16,446 nt of DNA from Candidatus Hydrogenedentota bacterium (GTDB lineage Bacteria > Hydrogenedentota > Hydrogenedentia > Hydrogenedentales > SLHB01), in contig JARKSN010000092.1 of assembly GCA_029974275.1 (NCBI GenBank), positions 1-16,446 on the forward strand. The letters run 5' to 3'. Shown in pieces: positions 9,414 to 16,446 of the stretch. The translations under genes and the position numbers were made by a program. A model generated the notes under the pieces. That model did no database searches and had not been told where the DNA came from. It saw only the letters and a list, made by a program, of their open reading frames with translations. Numbering within the stretch: position 1 is the stretch's first letter; each line of letters starts with the position of its first letter.

Positions 9414-9469
9414 TGTCGGCATTTCAGGGCAACCTGTGTGTGCAGCAGTAGGCAGTAGGAGCATGAGAT

Positions 9470-11263
9470 ATGGCCACGGATGAAACCCAAGAAGACGCGC
9501 CGGAAACGGGAACCGCTGGAAAGCTCACGGAGGTGGAACTGCTGAAAGAGGCGAGTCGCGGCCTATACGGCGCGTTGGCGGAGGAACTGGCGAGTCCGTC
9601 CGACCATTTTTCGGAAGCGACGGCGCAGCTTATGAAGTTCCACGGCTCGTACCAGCAGGACAACCGGGACGTGCGCCCGGCCCGCAAAAAACAGGGGCTC
9701 GACCGTGATTACAAGATGATGGTGCGCACGCGGTTTCCGGGCGGCGGCATTTCAGCGCAACAGTATTTGTTGTGCGACGCGCTGGCGGCGACATACGGCC
9801 AGAACGACATGCGCATCACATCGCGTCAGACGTTCCAGTTCCATGGCGTCGTGAAGGGAAAACTGCGGCCGCTCATTCATGATCTAAATCACTTGGGCCG
9901 CATTTCCACGATCGCTTCCTGCGGCGACGTCGTGCGCAACGTGACCGCCCCGCCGGTGGCGGACATTGATCCCCGGTATGCGCGGATCGGCATGGACCTT
10001 ATCGCGTTGGCTCGCGACATCAGCGATCGGTTCAGCCCCAAGACGGCGGCCTATTTCGATCTCTGGCTTGACGACGAGAAGGTGACGGTGAACGCGGACG
10101 GAACGGTCGTGTATGAGAAGGATTTGCCTGCGGAGCCGGTCGACGAGCCGCTGTACGGGAAGACTTATTTGCCGCGCAAGTTCAAAATCGGCATTGCGAC
10201 GGACTTCGACAACTCCATCGACGTCTACACGAACGATCTGGGCGTTCTGGCGATCATGAACCCGGACGGGACGGTTGCGGGCTTCAACATTCTCGTAGGG
10301 GGAGGGCTTGGGCATTCGCACAACCGGCCGGCGACGTATCCGCGTCTGGCCACGCCGCTGGCGTTTGTGCAGCCGGAAGAGGTCGTGCCGCTGATCGAGG
10401 CCGTCATCCAGGTCCAGCGCGACCACGGCGATCGCACGAACCGAAAACATGCGCGGATGAAGTACCTCATCGACGATTGGGGCCTGGAGCGTTTTCGGTC
10501 GAAAGCGTTCGCCTATGCGGGCCGGGAATGCCCCGCGCCGCGCGACGTCACGCCTTCGGCGCAGCCCGACTACCTCGGCTGGCACAAGCAGAGCCAACCG
10601 GGGCTCAACTACGTGGGCGTCTGGGTCGAGAATGGCCGCGTCCGGGATTTCGAGGACGGCATCCGGTTCAAGTCGGGTCTCCGCGCGATCATCGAACGCC
10701 ACCGGCCGGACGTGCGCCTGACGCCGCATCACAACCTCGTTCTCGCCAACATTCGCGACGAAGACGTGGACAGCGTCCAAGCGCTGCTCGACGAATATGC
10801 CCTGCCAACCGACAAGGGCGTTTCGACGTTGCGCCGTTTGGAGATGGCCTGTCCGGCGCTGCCGTTGTGTCCGTTGGCGACATCGGAAGCCGAGCGCGTA
10901 TTTCCGTCCGTGATCAAGGCCCTCGAAGAGGCGGGACATGGCGACGCGGACGTCATCATCCGCATGAGCGGTTGCCCGAACAGTTGTTCGAGGCCGGCAA
11001 CGGCGGAAATCGGAATCGTGGGCAAGGGAACGGACCAGTACATTCTCCAAGTCGGCGGCGATCACTGCGGCGCGCGCCTTGCCGCGACGCTGCTGCCGGT
11101 GGTCAAAACCGTCGACCTTGCGCCTGCGGCGTCGCGTCTGCTGCATGGGTGGAAGGCCGAACGCTTCGAGGGCGAGTCCTTTGGCGATTGGGCCGGGCGC
11201 ATGGGCGCCGACAATTTGCGCGCGCGCGTGATCGAATTCGAGAAGGCGAAGCGGCAGGCCTGA
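9470..11263 (+). CDS. cysI: Assimilatory sulfite reductase, siroheme/[4Fe-4S] hemoprotein (CysI/Sir family)
   Basis: MKFHGSYQQDNRD, RITSRQTFQFHG, CGDVVRN, YLPRKFKIG, HARMKYLI, and cluster ligands CPALPLC and SGCPNSC. AGGAG SD; adjacent to cysH. Confidence 0.93.
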   Translation: MATDETQEDAPETGTAGKLTEVELLKEASRGLYGALAEELASPSDHFSEATAQLMKFHGSYQQDNRDVRPARKKQGLDRDYKMMVRTRFPGGGISAQQYLLCDALAATYGQNDMRITSRQTFQFHGVVKGKLRPLIHDLNHLGRISTIASCGDVVRNVTAPPVADIDPRYARIGMDLIALARDISDRFSPKTAAYFDLWLDDEKVTVNADGTVVYEKDLPAEPVDEPLYGKTYLPRKFKIGIATDFDNSIDVYTNDLGVLAIMNPDGTVAGFNILVGGGLGHSHNRPATYPRLATPLAFVQPEEVVPLIEAVIQVQRDHGDRTNRKHARMKYLIDDWGLERFRSKAFAYAGRECPAPRDVTPSAQPDYLGWHKQSQPGLNYVGVWVENGRVRDFEDGIRFKSGLRAIIERHRPDVRLTPHHNLVLANIRDEDVDSVQALLDEYALPTDKGVSTLRRLEMACPALPLCPLATSEAERVFPSVIKALEEAGHGDADVIIRMSGCPNSCSRPATAEIGIVGKGTDQYILQVGGDHCGARLAATLLPVVKTVDLAPAASRLLHGWKAERFEGESFGDWAGRMGADNLRARVIEFEKAKRQA

Positions 11264-11300
11264 TCGCGCCGCATCGATTCCATGGCATGGAGACCCGACG

Positions 11301-12035
11301 ATGATTCTGAGTGAATCAACGGACCTGTTGGACGGATTGAACGCGCTGGATCCGGAAGCGTTGTTGCAGTGGGCCGTCGCGACGCACGGCGCCCGAGCCG
11401 CGCTCCTGACGAGTTTTCAGAACACCGGATGCGTGATGGTCGACATGGCGAAACGCGCCGCGCCGGGACTGCGCGTGGCGACGGTGGACACCCTGCGCCT
11501 GCACCCCGAAACGTACGCCTTGATGGAGCGCATCGAGCAGCGGTACGGCATTCGCATCGAGCGTTTCAAGCCTGAACCCGAATGTCTCGAACGGATGATC
11601 GCCCATCACGGGGAATTCTTGTTCTTCGACAGCCAGGAGAAGCAGGAACTCTGCTGCCACATTCGCAAGGTCGAGCCGAACGAGCGGGCGCTCGATACGG
11701 TGGACGTGTGGATCACGGGGCTGCGCCGCGACCAGTCCGACGCCCGGAAATACGCGCCCAAGGCGTCCCGCGTCGATCACAAAGGCCGCTCTATCGTGAA
11801 ACTTGCGCCGCTTATCGACTGGAGCGAAGACCAGGTTCGCGCCTATTTGGCCGAAAACGACGCGCCCTACAACCCCCTCTACGATCAAGGCTACGCCAGC
11901 ATCGGCTGCGTGATTTGCTCGACGCCGATTAAACCCTGGGAGCATAAGCGCGCGGGCCGCTGGCGCTGGTTCAACCACATGGGCGACGATCATAAAAAGG
12001 AATGCGGCATCCACACGCAAGGCAGCGGCATATAG
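11301..12035 (+). CDS. cysH: APS/PAPS reductase, Fe-S type (probably APS-specific)
   Basis: TSFQ, VDTLRLHPETY, CCHIRKVEP, WITGLRRDQS, YNPLYDQGYASIGCVICS, RAGRW and C-terminal ECGIH. The CC plus CxxC pattern marks 4Fe-4S enzymes. Confidence 0.94.
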   Translation: MILSESTDLLDGLNALDPEALLQWAVATHGARAALLTSFQNTGCVMVDMAKRAAPGLRVATVDTLRLHPETYALMERIEQRYGIRIERFKPEPECLERMIAHHGEFLFFDSQEKQELCCHIRKVEPNERALDTVDVWITGLRRDQSDARKYAPKASRVDHKGRSIVKLAPLIDWSEDQVRAYLAENDAPYNPLYDQGYASIGCVICSTPIKPWEHKRAGRWRWFNHMGDDHKKECGIHTQGSGI

Positions 12036-12061
12036 ACGAACCGAAGCAGGCGCCGGCGCAA

Positions 12062-12484
12062 TCAGGCATCCCGGGAAATAGAAGGCCGCCCCAAAAAACG
12101 TGCAAGAAACGCGGCCACAACCAGGAAAGCCCCAAACCCCAAGGCGAGGTTGCCGCCGACATGAAGCCCCACGGCCGTCGCGCCATACCGTATCGCGACC
12201 CCGGCATGCGAACAGGCGCCGCCGATGAAACACAAAAACAGCCCCGTCATTCCCGCACTAAAAAGCCGAGGCCGCTTTGCCAATCGCGGCGCATCCCAAA
12301 CTCGCTGGAGAGCCAACATCGACGCCAAAGACTCTTCGTCCGATTCCGCCGCCGCATGAAGCCATTCGATCCGCATGCGATGGCGTATCCAGATAGTCAC
12401 GATCTCCCGCAACCCCAGGAAGACCAGGGTCCCCGCGCTCACCGTGGCGACAAGGCCGGAAAATAGAATCAGCAGCGTATTCAT
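12062..12484 (-). CDS. Small membrane protein of unknown function (~3 TM segments)
   Basis: Hydrophobic stretches LLILFSGLVATVSAGTLVFLGL, LFSAGMTGLFLCFIGGA and LALGFGAFLVVAAFLA. Fills the gap between cysH and the helicase promoter. Start at 12484 is inferred. Confidence 0.65.
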   Translation of the reverse strand: MNTLLILFSGLVATVSAGTLVFLGLREIVTIWIRHRMRIEWLHAAAESDEESLASMLALQRVWDAPRLAKRPRLFSAGMTGLFLCFIGGACSHAGVAIRYGATAVGLHVGGNLALGFGAFLVVAAFLARFLGRPSISRDA

Positions 12485-12537
12485 GGCATGATTTGGACCG
12501 GGGCGACCGGAAAACGGTTTCGCGTTATTGCGCGCAC

Positions 12538-12566
12538 TTGATCGACGCAATACCTGATGTTATATT
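12538..12566 (+). promoter_or_regulatory. Putative sigma70 promoter for the helicase-exonuclease operon
   Basis: TTGATC (12538-12543), 17 nt, TATATT (12561-12566) with an extended -10 TG. AGGA SD before ATG 12597. Confidence 0.6.
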
Positions 12567-12596
12567 CAGTCGCAGGACCCCACGCAGGATGTCACC

Positions 12597-14882
12597 ATGA
12601 ACGTCGCACAGACCATCGACCGCCTTCGGCAAGACGATCGCTTCATGCGGAACCTCACCCAATGGCGCTCCATCCCCGCGCGTGAGGCCCGCTATGCCGG
12701 ATTCCCGGAGGGACTTCACCCGCGACTGATCGAGGGCCTCAAGGCGCGAGGCATCACCGACCTGTACACGCACCAGCGCGCGGCCATCGAGGCCGTGCTC
12801 GCGGGCGAACACATCTGCGTCGTGACCCCAACGGCGTCGGGCAAGACGCTGTGCTACAACGCCCCGGTGCTGAATCGCCTCCTATCGGAGCCCGACGCGC
12901 GCGCCCTCTACCTGTTCCCTACCAAGGCCCTGTCGCAAGACCAGGTCAAGGAATTGCAGTCAACTATCGAGGAACTCGAAGTCAAAATCGGAACGTACAC
13001 GTTCGATGGCGACACGCCCGGCTCCGCGCGCAAAGCGATTCGCAACGCGGGGCATATCGTCGTCACGAATCCCGACATGCTGCACACGGGCATCCTGCCG
13101 CATCACACGATCTGGATGAAGCTCTTCGAGAACCTGCGCTACATCGTCGTCGACGAACTCCACCACTATCGAGGCGTGTTCGGCAGTCACTTGGCCAATG
13201 TCTTGCGACGGCTCAAACGCATCTGCGCGTTCTACGGGTCAGACCCGCAATTTATTTGTTGCAGCGCCACCATCGCCAATCCCAAGGAAATGGCCGAGCG
13301 CATCGTCGAAAAGCCCATTCATCTCATTGACGATAACGGCGCGCCCGCGGGCGAGCGACATTTCCTCTTCTACAACCCGCCCGTCGTCAACGCAGAACTC
13401 GGCATCCGCAGGTCGTCGGTGCATGTAGCAACGGATATCGCCACCCAATTGCTCTCGAAGGACATTCAATCCATCGTGTTTACGCGCAGCCGACTGCGCG
13501 TCGAGATCATGACCACGTATCTGAAGGATGCCGTGGCGCGGCTCGGCAAAGACACCGATCTCGTGCGCGGATATCGCGGCGGCTATCTGCCGACCGAACG
13601 CCGCGCCATCGAAAAGGGCCTGCGCGACGGCGAGATCATGGCGGTGGTCAGCACGAACGCGCTCGAACTCGGCATCGACATTGGATCGCTCGACGCCTGC
13701 ATCATGGTGGGTTACTCGGGCAGCGTGGCCAGCACGTGGCAACAGGCCGGGCGCGCGGGACGCCGCTCGAGCACGTCGCTGGTCATTCTCGTCGCGTCGA
13801 GCGCGCCGCTTGATCAATACATCATCTGCCACCCCGAGTACTTCTTCGAGTTGTCGCCGGAAAATGCAACCGTCGACACAAAAAACTTGTTTATTGTGTC
13901 AAGCCATGTCAAGTGCGCGGCCTTCGAGTTTCCCTTCAAAGACGGCGAGGCGTTTGGGTTGGACGCTGTGTCGACCCAAGGCGTTCTCGAATACCTCGGC
14001 GAGCAGCGCATCCTGCGGCACGTGCGCGACAGATGGCATTGGAACGCAGACGCGTATCCCGCGCAGGACATCAGCCTGCGCACCGCCGCGCCCGGAAATG
14101 TGGTGATTCTCGACACCACGCAAAATGGCCGCGTCATCGGCGAGATCGATTATTTCTCGGCGCCGACCGAGGTCTATCAGAACGCCATCTATCTGCATCA
14201 GAGCGCGCAGTACACCATCGAGAAGCTCGACCTCGAAGACCGCAAGGCCTACGCGCGTCCCGTCGAAACCGATTACTACACCGACGCGCAGGTGAAGGTC
14301 GACTTGCGCGTGCTCGACGCGTTCCGCTCGGAAACCGTCGGCCAGGCGTCGCGTAACCACGGCGAAGTCAGCGTGACGTGGCTTCCGTCGATCTATAAGA
14401 AAATCAAATTCGGCACACACGAAAATGTGGGATATGGCGATATCCATCTTCCCGAAATCAACATGCACACGACCTCTTACTGGATCGCGTTTTCCGAGGA
14501 CCTGTCCGAGCGCACAGACCTGCCTCAAAGTCGTCTCGGCGCGGCGCTCAATGGCTTGGCCAATACTCTACGGCAAGTCGCCCCCGTGCAGGTGATGTGC
14601 GACCCGACCGATATTCGCGCCCTGGGCCTGTTGCGATCGCCCTTCTCCGAGCAGCCGACGATCTTTCTGTACGAGACCTATCCCGGCGGCGTCGGGTTCA
14701 GCGAGAAGCTCTTCACGACACACGACCGTCTGCTCGAAGCCGCGATATCGCTCATCAGCCGTTGCGGCTGCAAAGAAGGCTGCCCCAGCTGCGTCGGCCC
14801 CGCTCTGGAAATCGGCGGCGAACACGGCAAGAGCGGCGCGCTGATCCTGGCTAAAATGGCGTTGGATTACCGGGAACGATGA
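12597..14882 (+). CDS. SF2 DExH helicase with C-terminal DUF1998 Zn-binding domain (MrfA/YprA/SftH/Hrq1 family)
   Basis: LYTHQ, TPTASGKT, FPTKALSQDQ, TNPDMLH, DELH, SAT, YRGG, TNALELGIDIG, QQAGRAGR, YPGGVGFS and CGCKEGCPSC. Confidence 0.93.
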   Translation: MNVAQTIDRLRQDDRFMRNLTQWRSIPAREARYAGFPEGLHPRLIEGLKARGITDLYTHQRAAIEAVLAGEHICVVTPTASGKTLCYNAPVLNRLLSEPDARALYLFPTKALSQDQVKELQSTIEELEVKIGTYTFDGDTPGSARKAIRNAGHIVVTNPDMLHTGILPHHTIWMKLFENLRYIVVDELHHYRGVFGSHLANVLRRLKRICAFYGSDPQFICCSATIANPKEMAERIVEKPIHLIDDNGAPAGERHFLFYNPPVVNAELGIRRSSVHVATDIATQLLSKDIQSIVFTRSRLRVEIMTTYLKDAVARLGKDTDLVRGYRGGYLPTERRAIEKGLRDGEIMAVVSTNALELGIDIGSLDACIMVGYSGSVASTWQQAGRAGRRSSTSLVILVASSAPLDQYIICHPEYFFELSPENATVDTKNLFIVSSHVKCAAFEFPFKDGEAFGLDAVSTQGVLEYLGEQRILRHVRDRWHWNADAYPAQDISLRTAAPGNVVILDTTQNGRVIGEIDYFSAPTEVYQNAIYLHQSAQYTIEKLDLEDRKAYARPVETDYYTDAQVKVDLRVLDAFRSETVGQASRNHGEVSVTWLPSIYKKIKFGTHENVGYGDIHLPEINMHTTSYWIAFSEDLSERTDLPQSRLGAALNGLANTLRQVAPVQVMCDPTDIRALGLLRSPFSEQPTIFLYETYPGGVGFSEKLFTTHDRLLEAAISLISRCGCKEGCPSCVGPALEIGGEHGKSGALILAKMALDYRER

Positions 14883-14897
14883 AGAGAGAAGAACGTG

Positions 14898-15090
14898 ACA
14901 CAAAGCCGCAAAGGCACAAAAACACAAAGCCTTTCGGAAGAGCAACCACAGATGCACACAGATGGACACAGATAAAGAAAATCTGCTCTCTTTTCATCCT
15001 CACTTCATCTGTGTCCATCTGTGTGCATCTGTGGTTCAATTCTTCTCTTCCCTTTGTGCGCCCTCCGTGTCCTTTGCGCCTTTGTGGCGA
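14898..15090. repeat. Nested inverted-repeat element with a perfect 30-bp inner stem, between helicase and exonuclease
   Basis: aaccacagatgcacacagatggacacagat (14944-14973) is the exact reverse complement of 15007-15036, with a 33-nt loop. ggaagag (14936-14942) pairs with ctcttcc (15045-15051). Imperfect outer arms lie at 14905-14929 and 15063-15088. Confidence 0.93.
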
Positions 15091-15101
15091 GTCTTCCTCC
15101 C

Positions 15102-16446
15102 ATGTCTGACATCAAGGACAAATTGAAAGAGCTGCTCGTCACACGCGGCGTGATGGCCGGGTCCGATTTGCAGAAGAAGATTGCGGCCTTGCAGGAAGAG
15201 CGTGCGGCGGGCGCATACGAGATCGAGCGCGTCGTGCCGGGTGAAGTTGTCGGCGAGGGCGATGATCGCTTCTATCTCGTCCGCACGGACTATCCCCTCG
15301 ACACGCCACGCGGGAAGGTCACATTGGGCGACGCCTTGCATGCCCATGCCGACCACATCGCGTTCTCGGCATGCGACAGCGACCTCGCCGATTTCGACGC
15401 GACCACGGCCGTCTTTGTCGACGCGGAGACCTCCGGCCTTGCGGGTGGCACGGGGACTGTCGCATTTCTCATGGGCTTTGGTTATTTCACGGAGAACGTC
15501 TTCCGCCTGGAGCAATGTTTCATGCGCGACTACGACGAAGAAGAACCGATGCTTCGTTACATCGACACGCTGCTCCAGCGCTTCGATACGGTCGTCAGCT
15601 ACAACGGCAAGAGCTTCGACGTTCCCCTGTTGCGCACGCGCATGATCGCCAATCGCATCCCGTCGCGTCTCGACACGCTGATGCAGTTTGACCTGTTGCA
15701 CGCCGCACGCCGTTTTTGGAAAGTGCGTCTGCGCGATTGCTGTCTCGGCAACATCGAGCGCGCCGTGCTCGGCGTCGAACGCCACGGCGACGTGTCCGGC
15801 GCGGAAATACCGGAACTCTACTTCGACTACCTCCGCACGCGCGACGCCCGCAAACTCGACCGGGTGTTCTACCATCACGCCTGCGATATCCTCTCCCTTG
15901 CAGCGCTGATGGCGTGGCTGTCGCAATGCCTCGCGCATCCCGAAGGGGAAGGTTTTGAGCATGCCGAGGACCGCGTCTCGCTTGTAAAACTTCATTTCCG
16001 ACAAAAGCGCTACGACGAGGCCATCGCCGTCGGCATGCGGGTGCTGGAGGAAGAACCCGATCCCGCCGTCCGCCGCGCGTGTCTGGAACTCATGGCGGCT
16101 GCGTACAAGAAGAACCAAGATTGGCAAGGAATGGCCAACGCGTGGGAATTGCTCCTGAACGATTTCCCCGAAGACCTGCCCGCACGCCTGGAGCTGGCGA
16201 AGTATCACGAGCACCGGAGCCTAAACTTGGTCGAGGCCACGCGTCTTTGTGCGGAAACGATCCAGTTTCTCGAAGTGCGCGAGGCCCTCGAACGAATAGT
16301 CGATGCCGATCGGATGTACCTGATCGCTTTTTCTAAACGCCTCCACCGTCTCCGGAGCAAGCTGTCGCGTGCACCAGGACTTAGCGACTGTCCCGCCCGC
16401 GCTGGAATTGGACTTCTCCGATGGCAAGAATGTGTAGACCATCATT
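15102..16446 (+). CDS. RNase H-fold (DEDD-type) exonuclease with C-terminal TPR-like helices, MrfB/YprB family (3' partial)
   Basis: Translated by hand; absent from the ORF track because no stop occurs before the window end. Reads MSDIKDKLKELL...VFVDAETSGLAGGTGTVAFLMGFG...SYNGKSFDVPLL...FDLLHAARRFWK...LGNIERAVLGVERHGDVSGAEIPELYFDYL...YHHACDILSL...LELAKYHEHR. Follows a DUF1998 helicase, as in mrfAB. Confidence 0.9.
   Translation, partial: MSDIKDKLKELLVTRGVMAGSDLQKKIAALQEERAAGAYEIERVVPGEVVGEGDDRFYLVRTDYPLDTPRGKVTLGDALHAHADHIAFSACDSDLADFDATTAVFVDAETSGLAGGTGTVAFLMGFGYFTENVFRLEQCFMRDYDEEEPMLRYIDTLLQRFDTVVSYNGKSFDVPLLRTRMIANRIPSRLDTLMQFDLLHAARRFWKVRLRDCCLGNIERAVLGVERHGDVSGAEIPELYFDYLRTRDARKLDRVFYHHACDILSLAALMAWLSQCLAHPEGEGFEHAEDRVSLVKLHFRQKRYDEAIAVGMRVLEEEPDPAVRRACLELMAAAYKKNQDWQGMANAWELLLNDFPEDLPARLELAKYHEHRSLNLVEATRLCAETIQFLEVREALERIVDADRMYLIAFSKRLHRLRSKLSRAPGLSDCPARAGIGLLRWQECVDHH

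Noticed and set aside
12510..12521. GAAA-ACGG-TTTC as a LexA (GAAC-N4-GTTC) box upstream of the repair helicase
   Set aside because: Both half-sites deviate from the consensus, it lies upstream of the -35, and the LexA motif of this lineage is unknown.
12597..14882. DUF1998 helicase as part of a DISARM or Druantia anti-phage system
   Set aside because: No methylase, DrmA/C/D or Dru partners nearby. The YprB-like neighbour points to the mrfAB-type repair context.
14898..15090. Repeat as a classical IS or MITE
   Set aside because: No transposase and no identifiable target-site duplication. The best-conserved inverted repeat is internal rather than terminal. Not fully excluded without a genome search.
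9884..16214. Long minus-strand ORFs (9884-11146, 11316-12233, 13239-13832, 13899-14528, 15036-16214)
   Set aside because: Antisense shadows of the sulfite reductase, cysH, helicase and exonuclease genes.

Overview
GC-rich bacterial chromosomal window made mostly of housekeeping genes. The minus strand carries PilZ-domain, macrodomain (YmdB-like) and GHL6/GH151-like glycoside hydrolase genes, then gatC-gatA-gatB-rsfS and a stand-alone, non-canonical Ser/Thr kinase. The plus strand carries two lipoproteins, a siroheme sulfite reductase with a Fe-S type APS reductase (cysH), and a MrfA/YprA-like DUF1998 helicase. The helicase is followed by a MrfB/YprB-like RNase H-fold exonuclease, which is missing from the ORF track because it runs off the window end. 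The most unusual signal is a pair of related ~200-bp nested-palindrome elements built from 8-10-nt periodic units (CACAAAGG / CACACAGAT). They sit inside two unrelated conserved gene junctions (gatA-gatB and helicase-exonuclease), 12 kb apart, in the same orientation relative to transcription. They look like empty landing sites or long RNA hairpins of a dispersed, modular repeat system. All family calls come from motif recognition; no database searches were run.
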